DNA of 54,573 nucleotides, the filler included, from Sluysia triapertura (lineage: Eukaryota): NCBI GenBank assembly GCA_046118255.1. It is 4 parts of 4 records of this genome, joined end to end, with 100 filler letters (N's around TTAATTAATTAA, not from the genome) between each part and the next. Parts side by side here need not be neighbours in the genome. Positions count along the whole stretch, not along the records: positions 1 to 13,813 come from JBJNIA010018077.1; 3 more parts are not named here. One strand, written 5' to 3'. This document shows positions 1 through 12,900 of the stretch, piece by piece. Made by a program: the position numbers and the translations under genes. The notes below the pieces were generated by a model. That model worked only from the letters and a program-made list of their open reading frames with translations. It did no database searches and was not told the origin of the DNA. Every line of letters begins with the position of its first letter. Within the stretch, counting starts at the first letter, position 1.

Positions 1-74
<74 letters not shown>
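1..74. repeat. (TAT)n microsatellite at window start
   Basis: Perfect trinucleotide run. Similar runs at ~1263-1320, 3233-3300, 20781-20839, 28004-28077, 43276-43348 and 54505-54573. Confidence 0.98.
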
Positions 75-75
<1 letters not shown>

Positions 76-1151
76 GTAATAAATGTACCGGATAATATTA
101 AATCAATTTATAATTTATGCAGGAAATAAGTAAATATTTTATTGTTTTTATGAATTATTACAGTTTCAAAATTTAAAAATATATTTTGAGTCGTAAAGTT
201 TAGATTTTAAAAACATCGAGTACAATTTTCTTTTTGATATTGTATTTTGTTCCAGTAATTTTCTATGATTTCAATAAACAAAAGAAAATCAAGTACATAT
301 TAAATCACAGCATCGTAGATAAAACGAGCCTATAAAATTTTAGTTAAATAAGATTTATTTGCTAAAATATACCAATCATTGGACTTTGTTTTAACAATTG
401 TCATTTAAATTTTTTGTTTTAGTTTACATTACATGGCGGCCAAATTAAAAACTTTTCATTTAATTTATTTTTTGAGCTTTAAATAAACGAAAAAAACTGG
501 CTATTCTAGATATAATACGACATGATTAGAAAGAGGTTTGAACATCACATAAATTTCAATATTTTTTTGATTTATGTTATTAATTCACCTGGTCACTTAT
601 TGAAGAGATGGATAAATAGTATATAGTCTACATCATGCATCTGTAACTTAATTATCTTACTTAATTATCTTGTCAAACGTTAAAGATATTATAATTCATC
701 ACTTGAAATTTTTCTAATATTAAAAATCGACGAAAATCAATAATATTGGTGTAAAATATTAATTTATTCCCAAATAATCACGTTATTCAAAACAGCATTA
801 TTCAAGGTTTATTTGTCATATACTTCATTTTGACAGTTTGATAAGTGAATCATTTCAATTCTTCATAATAATTGAAATTGCGTATTAAAAACTTACTACG
901 TTCGAAACCGAGTTATGCAATGCATTCAGCTTAAACTATATTTAAATATATTATCTAAAGAATGTAGATCAATATTTTTAACATAAATTAAACATTCATA
1001 ATTCAATTTCTCTTTAATACTACATTCATCAAGTCCCTAAATAGACAATAAATTTTTAAACTTTACGAATAATTTAATGATAATTTAATATATATTTTAA
1101 AATGATGTATACTAAAGTATTTATTTTTAATTGTATTCTATTTATTTTCAG

Positions 1152-1249
1152 TATCTTCAGTCAATAGCGCCGCAACAATTAGATAATGACAGTACTCATT
1201 TATTTGATTTAATGGGCAGCATCAAGTTGAACAGTAGAAAAATGAAAAA
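1152..1249 (+). CDS. Possible isolated coding exon of an unidentified gene
   Basis: ttttcag acceptor, one open frame (YLQSIAPQQLDNDSTHLFDLMGSIKLNSRKMK), gtatgt donor, GC higher than flanks. No family recognised. Confidence 0.3.
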
Positions 1250-1262
1250 GTATGTACTTAAG

Positions 1263-1322
<60 letters not shown>

Positions 1323-3232
1323 TTTATATTATTATGTACTTTTATTTTTTATTATTGGATAAAAATATTTACCTGCAGTCAAAGGTTTCTAAATAAATAG
1401 AATCAATATATTAAAATTGATTAAATAATTGTACGTATAAAAAATAGTTTATTAAAAAATAATTTAATAAAAAATAATTTATTATATTTTTAAAGTTTAG
1501 TGCAATTTACTAAGGTAATATAATAATGAAACTAATTTATTTTGTAGCTGAAACAAATTATTTTTAAATAATAATACTATTTTTAAACAAACAATATTTT
1601 TTAAATTAATTATTCATTTTTAATTTTAGCAAGGTAATTTTTTAATATAATTTGTTAGAGATATTTTAAGATGACCACATTGGAAATTTAAAATTGTACA
1701 ATTTTTAAATTTATTAGTATTATTAGTATTAGTATATTAGTAATAGTCTATTAGTATTAGTATTTTTAATCCAATTATTAGAATAATTGGAATATATTTA
1801 CAAAACGAAACATGCATGCAAAAATGGTAACAATCACATCAAATCATCTTAAGAAAAATTTTACATATTTACAAGACTCTATTACACGCTTAATACTCAA
1901 AGACGGTAATCCGACAGAAGTTCAAGTGGCATTCAAAAGTATCCACTGCTAAATTTAATTTTGGCATTAAATAAAATTGATTTTTTCATCACAGTGTTGT
2001 TGAATCGGTTAACCAAAAGAATTACCAAGATTTTATAATGGAAATATTATCAAGACTAAGCAATTAGAATTATTAAATTACAAACGGCAGTGCCTTACAA
2101 TCACAAACTGATATATTAACACTTATTGAACACGTTGTTAGCAAATTGAAGTTTAAATTCAAGATTAGCTGAAAAAAGAATAATTAATAGATTAATAATA
2201 TTAAGCTATTATGTTATAATCAAAAAATTATGCCCTAAGGTTACGTTTTATTGTACTTTTTAATTTCCAAACAATTATAAAACTATCAAATACACTAGGA
2301 TATATCAAATTAAGCGAAAATAAGAACATGTTATAGAATATGTTATTAAACGATCTTTTAATATGATTAAACAAGTTTCATTGTGCTTATTTTATTTGAA
2401 ACCTAAACGTGATAATATTATTGTGAGAATTTATGTAATATAAATGTAATATAAAATTATAAAAAGATATTAATAATCTTAAGATAAAATATTAACTGTA
2501 AAAGAATATTTAAGTAACAAAAAATTGATGGAACTCGCCAGATTTCATTATTAAACAGGGAAGAAACGGATCAAACAGTGGTAAACGAAGAACGAAAAAA
2601 ATCTGATTTTGTAAACATAGAAATGAAGAAACAATAATTAGCAGGAATAAACTAATACCGATAAGAATGTAATTACCAAACAAATGCATATAAATGTCTA
2701 CATGAATTATAATATGATCAAACCAATAGAATACAAGAAAATGCATTAATAAATAAAATAGGTCACGCTGTCACAATAATCTATGTATTAGGTTCATTTA
2801 ACTATTACAATCAAAAAATTTAAGTATAGAAAATTAACTGTATAAAGTTACAGTAGAATCAAATCAAAAAAATTATTGACCTCATAATATTATCAGTTGG
2901 AAGACCAAATAAGGTATTGTTTTTCATAATTAACTGAGAAACGGAGACAGTAATAACTATATAGACAAGGCACAACAGTAATAACTAATTTTTATATTGT
3001 AAATTTAATAATACACACTTGCTGTTATCATGATCTTATTGAAAATTCATTGTGATTTTATTTAAAAACAGTTGATATTCGTATTAGTTATTATATGAAT
3101 TATATTATTTGAATTTTGTATTATTTGATAATATTAATCAATCATTCACTAATAAAATAATTAAATCTGAAATAATTAAAATTTAAAATATTTATTTTCT
3201 ATGTAGACGTAGAAAATTAAATTTACATTAAC

Positions 3233-3302
<70 letters not shown>

Positions 3303-3309
3303 GATATAA

Positions 3310-3605
3310 TGTAACTTTATGCGTACTGTCATGGTAGAGAAGCCGATCTGAAAATAAAATAATAATATTAAATAATAATAATAAGAATATTAATATTAAT
3401 AATAGAAAGAAAAAACTTACCTTATTTGACCTAAAATTACTAAAAATAAATAATACTAATATTACTTACTAGATATTTTCTTCGTCACCATTTGGTTATC
3501 TAAGAATAAAAATAAATATTAATAATATTATTAATCATTTCTTACTGGAGATATAAAAAGACCATTGAGGTCACAAAGAAAACATAATTCAATTCATTGT
3601 TTGTG
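3310..3605 (-). pseudogene. Micro-exon spliced locus (small secreted-peptide gene remnant or ncRNA)
   Basis: Three consecutive GTAAG..AG introns: 3545-3500 (46 nt), 3469-3431 (39 nt), 3420-3348 (73 nt). They separate exons of 30 nt and 10 nt. No clean ORF across all exons. Confidence 0.4.
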
Positions 3606-5887
3606 CAAGTGTTCTTTCCTAACTAGAACTTTCTTACAAAAGATTATCGTCTGGAGCTGAGCTCGGCTAATTAGATACGGTTTACGTCACGAGCGGACGA
3701 CGGTCTAATTAGGCTTTAAAATAAGAAACGTGATGATCACTTATTGATAAGTCAGTAAGGCTCCTTTCAGTAATATTATGAATGTTAAATTATCTTTTAT
3801 TATGCTTTAATTTAGAAGTTAAACCAGCCTTTGTACGGTCTGATTTATACAAACTGTATTTTATAAAAATTAATCAAGAAAGACTTAATATTATAAGATT
3901 TATTATTTACAAATCGGTTGGATGCACAGAGTTTAGTTATAATGATAATAATAATATTCACTTTAGCACCTTAAACTTAATGTTTAGGTACAAAATAATT
4001 GAAAATTTAAAAGATTTTAACCTATCCTTTAACGGTATACGATAATACAATCAATTTAAGTCAATTTTATATTCTACCTGTTACGGTTAGAATAGTGAAC
4101 CCTATTTAATAAAAATTTACCTATGCATGGACAATAGCTTGATCCTTGAAAATTTTTCTCCATTTGCGATATCGAAAATTTTCTCTGAGTCCTATTTCTA
4201 AAATGTGTAGTTTATATATACAATCCTTACTTCCTTGTTTACTGTTTATATTCCTAATTTCGCTTTTGATTCATTAAAACAAAGTTATAAATTTAAAAGT
4301 GTAAATTATTATTTATATTTAAAAGTTTAAATTATTATTTATTTGTTATAATAATGATAATATTTAAGAGATAAATACTATAAAAATAAATAATTAATAA
4401 CTAAAATTATTCAAATTGTCAAAATAAAATAAATTACGATTGTTAAAATAATTAATCAGATATTATTAGAATAAAAATCGGATATTATTATTTGTTAATT
4501 ATTCCATTATTATTTGTTAATTATATGTCCGACAGTTCGACGATATATGTATGACAGTTCGACGATTCCGACATTTGAAAAATAAAGAGTTTACTTAGCA
4601 GATTTTGTGGTTTAATTGGTAACGCAATTTTTGAAAAAACAATTGAAAAGGAATACGTTATCTGACATTAATCGTTTTTGGTAACAAATTTATTCGTCGA
4701 AGAAATATTAGTAAACCCAACCAGTTGTCGATAATATTGATCTTCTGCTCGTCGGAGAAATTTCATTGTTTAACACTTTAGTAAATCAATTAAGTCAGTA
4801 ATATTTAGTCCGCTCGTTGGAAAAGTTCGCTTATTAGATTCCCGTGTGACCTGAATAAATAATTTATTTGATTTTGTGATCGAGAATTTTTTGAAACTAT
4901 CAGTAAGATTTTTATGTTAAGTTTAATCTATATTAGGAGATATAAAAATACTACTCAAAATCTTAATCATTACCTTTAGTTTCGGCTAGGCACAAAATCA
5001 TTTTTAGAAATCTTTAATAATAATTTTAATTTATTTTTATTATTATTTGAAGTAAATGGTTATATATTCTTCGTTTTTGATAATATATTTTGTAGTGTTA
5101 CGTCGTTGATTTAGTTAATTTTTTAAAGTAATTGCTGAGTTGACAAAGCTGAGTTCGATTGAAGTAAGCATAACATTTTAATTGATATTTATGATTTACA
5201 AACAGTTATTAAGCTAAAGAAGCATAAATATAAAGTTTTATATTTTTAAGTAAATTAAAAAGTAACCATAATTAAGTAACCATAATAGAAGAGAGTCCTT
5301 TCTAGAATTAATCATTTAGACTAAGAAAAAGATTAACTTTTGAAGGGAATAAGATTTATAGGTGATTAATATAAGAAAATTAGGACATAAGTTAATTGTG
5401 AGAAAAACCCTCAGAAGATTTATAATCTTTGTTATTAATTACAAGAAAAGAGTATACATTTGCATATATTTCAATTACAAGAAAAGCTTTTTTAAGTTTA
5501 CGTGCTGTTACTTACGAGTGCGTCTCCTTAGAATTAAAGCATACATCGTAAGCGGACCTTTAGAATTAAATAAGGAAATACTAACAGTACTAATACTGAA
5601 ACTTAAATTTATCTCGTTTAGAATGCTGAACTTATAGTAACTGATTCTAATATTTAATGCATTATACTGGAAGTTATCGTTCACACGTATCTGGTGGAAG
5701 ATATGGAACTGCAAATTCATTTAACAAAGTTTAAATTTGAATTTTCTCTTTTTGTCTTAAATCAAATAAGCTAGATTAAACTAAATACAAACCTTGAATC
5801 ATTCAATACAATATTTATCAATTTGTAACGAACTCAAAAAAATAATCATTTGTTTAAAAAACGGTTAGTTGTTACCACATATAATTT

Positions 5888-7370
5888 CAGTGGTAGCCAC
5901 ATTATTAGACTAAAACAGAAAAAATATGTTTTCTTTGGATTTCTTAATATTTGCTCATTATTGAATGTGTAACATAAGAAATATTATATATAATACACGA
6001 AATATTATGTATAATATACAAAATTCGATATATAATATATCTATGTTCTAAATTGCCTATATAATTAGATTATAATAAAAATATGATATGTGATAAGTTG
6101 TTTTAATTTGAAAAACTAAAAGTATCTGCACAATTTGTGGTTTTATCTTGATATTAATGACATCATTAGCCTTGACATATTGATTAGAATATTTTGTTAA
6201 GTGAGTTTTTTTTATATATCGATTCGAAAAAAAGGCCAAAATTGAAGTTTATCTTAAAAAACTGAAATGACGCAAGAAGATATTGCCAAAAATGTATGAG
6301 TTTGTCAGAAATCCATGTCAAGGGTGATGTATCAATTAAGTGGGAAAATGCAGCAGAAAGAAGAAAACATTAGTGAGAAATGATGGATATTTGGTGAAAC
6401 TTTCTACGATGAATCGTAAAGCCACCAGTATGATTTTGCAGAAGCAGTTAGAGACTTGCGGAATTCACGTTAATGCTAGAACAGCCAGAAGGAGACTTGT
6501 AGACCCAGAAGAAAGCCTAAGTTGGCGCCAGTAAAAAGGTTTGCAAGGCTAAACAACACCAGCATTTAACAGAGGATGACTGGAATCAAGTGAGTTTTAG
6601 TACGAGTCGTCCTTTCGAGTATTGGATGAAAAGACCACCTTTGGAAGAAGGAGACCTGATGAGGAGTTTCACTCTGATTGTGTCATAGAAACTGTGAAAT
6701 GTCTAACAATGATAGTCTGGTCGGTTATCTCCATCCATGGTCATGGCAGGCTGTACAGGTTGATGGAACAATGAATCAACATCAATATATGAATGTTCTT
6801 GAAACAAGGATTTTTCCTCAACTTCAGGATAAGTCCAAGAACGGTGATCTCCAATTTATGCAGGATGGTGTACCATGTTACATGGTGAAATCAGTGCGCA
6901 AGGTCATGGTGTTAATCTGGAAACTCTCCAGACATGAATCCCATAGAAAATCTGTGGAAGATTGTTTCAAGAAGAGTTTCTTCCCATAAACCAACTACCA
7001 GGACAGAACTTATTGAAACCCTGAAAAAGTCTAGGAATCATGATGACGATATCAAAGACTTGTACCCCAGGATAACAAAAGAGGTCAAACAAAGTACTGA
7101 TGCAACAGTTTGTACATTTTTTTATTAGGAGTAAATTGTGTTATCATTCTACATTAATAAAACTTCTATATGTTTTGGATCTCAGTATTTTTATCTCTTA
7201 TTTTACTTTCACCATAATTGTTTTGTAGAAAGTAGTTATTTTCCAATATTTTCATTTTTCCATGACATCTGTCGGTAAATGGCATGCATTTATACACTTT
7301 GGATTAATAGTTTCATAATATCTTGAATTTTATCACAATAATGGTTTGTCTAATAATTTGGTCACCACTG
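5888..7370 (+). mobile_element. Tc1-family DNA transposon, degenerate full-length copy
   Basis: 23-bp TIRs (CAGTGGTAGCCACATTATTAGAC vs rc CAGTGGTGACCAAATTATTAGAC, 20/23), TA on the right flank. Broken transposase: HTH-like 6340-6534 (HVNARTARRRL), WNQVSFS..ES, FMQDGVPCY, SPDMNPIENLW. Confidence 0.93.
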
Positions 7371-7801
7371 TACCTTATGAATTTTTCTTTTAATAATTTA
7401 TTGATAATATATCAGTCTAAATACTCTCTCTTCAAAACACAATAAAGATTCAGTAAAAATGTTTAAAATGCAAAATGTCAAGAAGTTAAAACACATTATT
7501 AGTAACAATTAATTTGTACAAATTATACGTTAATAGAATAAAAACAACTAAATTATATTTTTTATACTCTTTTTTCACTATGACTTATTCTTGTTCTATT
7601 AATACTATTTATTCTCACTCCATTGTCAATTACTTTTTCAAAATAAAATTTAACTGGATACTATACCAGTACTATTCATTTTCATTCTATTGTTGATTAT
7701 TTTTTTGGAACGATACATTAAATAGCTTTATTTTTAGTTTAGAATTATTTTTAATTAAATTAAATTTATATTTATTATTTTTTGATAATTTATCTCAATT
7801 G

Positions 7802-7977
7802 TTAACCCTTCCACTGCTCTACACGTATATATTTATAAAAATAATGTGTTTCATAAGCTCCAAGCGAGTATTTTTGCATCATGTTTTAAAATGGTTTCCT
7901 CCTCAACACAAATAAACTCGCAACCACTAAAATATATGTGCGCAGCGGTCGCAAAATTTCAAACGTGTTAGGGTTAA
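7802..7977. mobile_element. Possible piggyBac-type MITE
   Basis: Bounded by TTAA-CCCT ... AGGG-TTAA. The TIR is poor beyond the first bases. Confidence 0.3.
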
Positions 7978-8131
7978 AAGGTTAATTTAATTATGTTCAC
8001 TACATTAACTTCGGTTTATGTTTTTTAGTTGTGATGTTTTTAGGTGTGATGTTTTCTGATAAGTAATTCGTACTTGATATACAAGATAGATACATACATA
8101 TCAAGATTGTAGACTTTACTTGAGTCATTTG

Positions 8132-9970
8132 CTAGTCTCCGTATATAAGCGGTATTTGATTATTTGTAGCGTATTCATAAATTGGAGGTGGAAGTACTGG
8201 CATACCTGGAGGAGGAGTGTAATTATTCCTATGTGGAACTGTATATGCGTCGTCGTCATTATTATTGTTATGTGGCAAACATGGGTATCGACAACTATTC
8301 GAAACAAACATAATAATAGTCAATACCACTATAGCTAAAGCCATTACGAACAGTATTGCCGCCACAATTAATATCACTAATGCTGGATCATTTCGTAATA
8401 TTTCCAATATTGTTAAATGTTTTCTTGTTCCTTTAAATGGAAAATTCAAATATTTTGATGAGTGGCGGAATTTCACTATAATATGTCTATCTTCGACATA
8501 TAAAATATCTGAGCAAACCGTGACTGGATATCTCAATTCACTATTAATATAATTTTCGTATATGATCCACGAACTAAAATTAAGTCTGGCAGGTTTTAAA
8601 CATGCAAATTTGGCATGAATGTTTTGATTCAATATCTTAACTTTTACTTCATTGTTTCTATTATAGAATTCACAATATTCCGTTTTAAAAGATTGTTCGT
8701 GACATTGAACTATTGTAATTATCGTAATTAAAATCAAATGTATAAGATTTTTATTATTCGCAGGAGCCCGTATTTTCGTACCTATTTGAGATAAGTAGAG
8801 TATTGTCCAAAATATGTATAGTACCGCAAAAATTAGGAATATTGTAAAGAACTTGTAAGAGTGTCCCGTTGTACCTTCTGTAGTTGAATTATTTAAGTTA
8901 CTTATCGGTTTCTTAATTGTACCATAATCGGATAAGGTTGTCTGTATTTTCGTTGTTTCTTCATTTCTCAATTGATCTATTTGCTTAATAAATTTCCAGA
9001 TGTCTCGTGTATTTCTTTGAGTGTCGAAAGAAAAAGTTATTATCATTGGTCTATAACCGTAATGTAGACAATGTGGGATTCCGTTTAAACGATGTGGTTT
9101 CCCCACCAGTAAGGGTTTTAGGTAGATGCAATAGATTTCGAATTTATGTCGTAAAATCATTTTCTTAGAAATGAATTCGAACTTCCAATATTGATTGTAA
9201 ATATCGGTAATCATTATTTTCTGTTCCCTGCCATGATTTGTAGCTATATTCATATTTTTATATTCTTCGTCTGTTTCTGTTGCCATGACATTAGTTATAA
9301 GTGACAGAAGAATCACAATTAAGATAGAAAGCCAACAAATTATCTTTCCGAAACGATATTTATTAAAACAATTTCTTTTTCTTATACTAGTCATTATCAT
9401 TACTGTATTCTGAATATCTGAGTTGATTCCTGAATCCGAATTTTCCTCTGATTTAATTGCCGATGGTGATCCCCATGATACATCCGATAAATGAAGTGTA
9501 GAATCGACGATAACAGGTAATGGAAAATCTGGAATTTGTAATGGTGGATTCGACATAGGCATTTGATGTAAAGTTAATTCATCGCCAACTTGTGGAACTA
9601 ATAGTTGCGGTATAATCATATTTGAACCTGGTGGTATTTTTATAAATCTATATTTACTGTGAATAACCATATCTTCCAATTCATATGGGCCATTATCCCA
9701 ATCATTTACTAAATTTAGTACATATTGTACTAATACTTCTATATAGCATGATAGAGTTCCATTGATATTTATAGGTGTTTGATTTACATTATATGTTACC
9801 AGACTTGGTCTTTTTAAGAATATTGATTCCCAAGTAGTTAGAAAATTTTTATGAATGACAGTAATAGTAGTGCCGGTATCTACGATTGCTCTAACCCAGC
9901 GTCCGTTAAACCGCACATTTTGCATTATATGAGCTAAGTCATTTCCATGAGAATGCATCATAAATACCAC
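8132..9970 (-). CDS. 612-aa ORF: retropepsin-like aspartic protease fused to multi-segment membrane/secreted polyprotein (element accessory/env-like ORF)
   Basis: N-terminal VRFNGRWVRAIVDTGTTITVI. Hydrophobic segments KIICWLSILIVILLSLITNVMA, FFTIFLIFAVLYIFWTILYL, LIHLILITIITIVQC, ALVILIVAAILFVMALAIVVLTIIMFV. Pro-rich tail with PPIY. Confidence 0.85.
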   Translation of the reverse strand: MVFMMHSHGNDLAHIMQNVRFNGRWVRAIVDTGTTITVIHKNFLTTWESIFLKRPSLVTYNVNQTPININGTLSCYIEVLVQYVLNLVNDWDNGPYELEDMVIHSKYRFIKIPPGSNMIIPQLLVPQVGDELTLHQMPMSNPPLQIPDFPLPVIVDSTLHLSDVSWGSPSAIKSEENSDSGINSDIQNTVMIMTSIRKRNCFNKYRFGKIICWLSILIVILLSLITNVMATETDEEYKNMNIATNHGREQKIMITDIYNQYWKFEFISKKMILRHKFEIYCIYLKPLLVGKPHRLNGIPHCLHYGYRPMIITFSFDTQRNTRDIWKFIKQIDQLRNEETTKIQTTLSDYGTIKKPISNLNNSTTEGTTGHSYKFFTIFLIFAVLYIFWTILYLSQIGTKIRAPANNKNLIHLILITIITIVQCHEQSFKTEYCEFYNRNNEVKVKILNQNIHAKFACLKPARLNFSSWIIYENYINSELRYPVTVCSDILYVEDRHIIVKFRHSSKYLNFPFKGTRKHLTILEILRNDPALVILIVAAILFVMALAIVVLTIIMFVSNSCRYPCLPHNNNNDDDAYTVPHRNNYTPPPGMPVLPPPIYEYATNNQIPLIYGD

Positions 9971-9982
9971 TTGTTTATTCCT

Positions 9983-12900
9983 TAGTGCGTGAATTGAAGG
10001 CGGTTTATATTTCTTAAATTGTACTCCTCTTTTGGTGCCATTTTACATCTATTAACGTGTACTACGAATGTTTCGGAATTAACTTTGTTAGGATCTTTAA
10101 CACATTTGTATTGGTAACTTTTGTTATTAAATAAGGACCTTTAAAAGGTTTGTGTAACTGACCAGGTTTAGTTATTGTATAATATATTAATACTTCATCA
10201 CCTATTTTAAAAGTATGTTCCTTCGCTGTTTTATCGCATGCATCTTTATATATTTCTTGAGAGTATTTAATTTGAAGACCTGCGCGTTTCCATGCATATT
10301 GTAATTGTTTTCTCATTGTTGTCACATATTCCGAAATCTCCACGTACTGTGAAGTTGGAGGAACCCACTCCAAATCTACTGGCATGTTAGAATGTCTGCC
10401 GTACATTAAATAGAATGGAGTAAAATTAGTTGCCGGGTGTACAGAACTTCTACATGCAAAAAGGCATGGTGCTATATATAAGTCCCAGTCAGTCTGTCTA
10501 TCATTTACGTAAGATTGAATCATATTAATAAGAGTTCTGTTAAAACTTTCCACTAATCCGTCAGTTTGTGGATGGTAAGGAGATGTATAAATTCGAAGAA
10601 AATTGAAGATTTTAGCCACTGATTTAATCACATTGCTAGCATAGTTAGTTCTATGATCTGTTAATAATTTTCTAGGAGTTTCATATTTGTAAATGATCTT
10701 TTCTACCAATATTTGTGCCACCGTTTCGGTCTTTTGATTAGGCATCGGGTATGCCTCTGGCTATTTAGTCAGGTAATCCGCAAATACATTTATATACTTA
10801 TTACCATTAATAGTCTCTGGAAGAGGACTCGTAATGTCCATAGCGGTAAATTCTATTGGTGATAATGGTACTAGCATAGGTTTTAGTGGTACTTTAGTCT
10901 TTTGTCCAGTATTCTTTCGTCGGCAACATATCGAACAATCTTTACAGCATTTCCTTATATCCGATTCCATATTTTCCCAGTAGTATTTACTTTTAATTCT
11001 TGATAATGTTTTCCTCGTTGATAAGTGACCTCCTAATTGTCCGTCATGACATTGTATTAAAATAGGTATAATTAATGATTCCGGTATAATAGTTTTCCAT
11101 TCGTCTTTATTATTTTTAAATCTTAATATTCCATCCATAATAGCTAGTCTTTTTGATTGTAATTCGTTTAAAGTTCCTTTAGCTAACCCATCTAGAATAG
11201 CCGAAATCTCTTTATCTTCTCTCTGATGTTTAACAATGTCTTCAGAGTTCTGTAATTTTCCCGATACTGACATAATTTGTATCAAATTGATACTTCCCTT
11301 ATCATCTACATTCGTCAATCTAGACATACAATCGGCTCCGTTATTTAAGCTACCTGGCTTATAAACAATTTCCAAGTTAAATTCTGATAGTTTGTTGAAC
11401 CATCGGTTGAGTCTACTAACTTCGTCTCGGTGATTATATAAATATGTTAAAGGTTTGTAATCAGTGTACAAATATACTTTCTGTCCTAGCAAGTAATGTC
11501 TGAACAATTTACATGCATACACAATTGCTAGGCATTCTCTTTCGACTGTTGAATAATTCATTTCTGCTTTATTAAGTCTTCTACTGGCGTATGCTATAAC
11601 TGCTTCACGATTATTTTTATCCTTTTGACCTAAAATTGCACCGATAGAATAGTTACTAGCATCCGTAGTTTATTAACATCCGGAAATATTAATATTGGTG
11701 CTGTAGTTAGATGTTCTTTTAGTTCCTTAAATGCCTTTGCCTGTTCTTCGGTCCATTTAAATTCTACATCCTTTTTTGTAAGTTTTCTAAGAGGTTGTGC
11801 AATTTTCGCAAAATTTTTTACAAATCTTCTATAATAATTAGCCAAACCTAGAAAACTCTGAACCTTTTTAACGTTATCAGGTTGAGGAAACTTAATTACC
11901 TTTTCAATATTTCTTGGATTTGGTTTGATACCATCTTTAGATACTATGTGTCCTAAGAACTCGACTTTTTCTTCTGCCCATACACATTTTGTAGGTTTTA
12001 TTTTAAGTCTTGCAACTTCTAGTCTTTTGAGTTTTAAAATCTTTTGAAAATATTATGATGTCATCTATATATACCATAACATTCTTGCATCCTGATAATA
12101 CAAAATTCATACAACGCTGGAAAGTTGCTGGTGCGTCGGTTAAATCAAAAAGCATTTTTTCGCACTCATATAACTCATTTCCGCACGTAAACGCTGTTTT
12201 ATGTTTATCTTTTTCTGCTATTTCAATTTGCCAATATCCACTTTGTAAATCTAAACTTGTAAAATATGTAGCGTTTCCTAATTTATCCAACATCTCATCT
12301 ATTAGTGGCAGTGGGAACACATCTTTTCGTGTTATTTTATTCAATTCTCTAAAATCTATACAGAATCGCATCGTGCCATTCTTCTTTTTAACTAGTAATA
12401 CTGGTGATGAAAAAGGAGAGAAACTCGGTCTTATAACTGCGGCTTTCTTCATAGTGTCAATTTGATCTTGCATTTCCTTTTGATTGCATATAGGGATTCT
12501 ATAAGATTTTCTTCGAACTTATAAGGTTATCTTCTGTTAATGGTATTTCATGTTTTATGATTAATGAATCTCCAATATCATATTTATTTTTTGAAATTGC
12601 TCTTGGATATCGATATATAACTTCGTATAGTTGTTCTTTTTGTTTTTTAGTTAGATTTATGTTGTTAATTTGAATTTCTCCGTAATCCTCCTCTTGTATG
12701 TCGTGTTGTAGTTTTATTGTATTATTTTTTTAATCTGTCACCACGTTAACATGTGTTGGTATTTTATAATTAACAATTCTTCCTAATTTAGTTCCTATGA
12801 ATAACCATTTATTATCATTTGTATAATTTATAATTCGAACAGGTATCTTCCCTTCGCAATTATTACAGATCGAATCTGCAATACCTACATCCAATTTCTT

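Noticed and set aside
1131-1400. 89-aa ORF with a poly-Ile 'TM segment' (likewise 27906-28160 and 29675-29911)
   Set aside because: Reading through (ATT)n/(TTA)n microsatellites.
6657-6663. CTGATGA hammerhead/snoRNA-like core
   Set aside because: Part of the Tc1 transposase coding region (RPDEE); no partner motifs.
7400-8130. 3' LTR/PPT of the main Gypsy element
   Set aside because: A purine tract (rc GAGGAGGAAA near 7890) is not followed by TG, and the 5' LTR needed for comparison is lost in the gap.
12055-12465. Plus-strand ORFs over the Gypsy element (also 8120-8338, 8265-8552)
   Set aside because: Antisense shadows of real minus-strand coding sequence.
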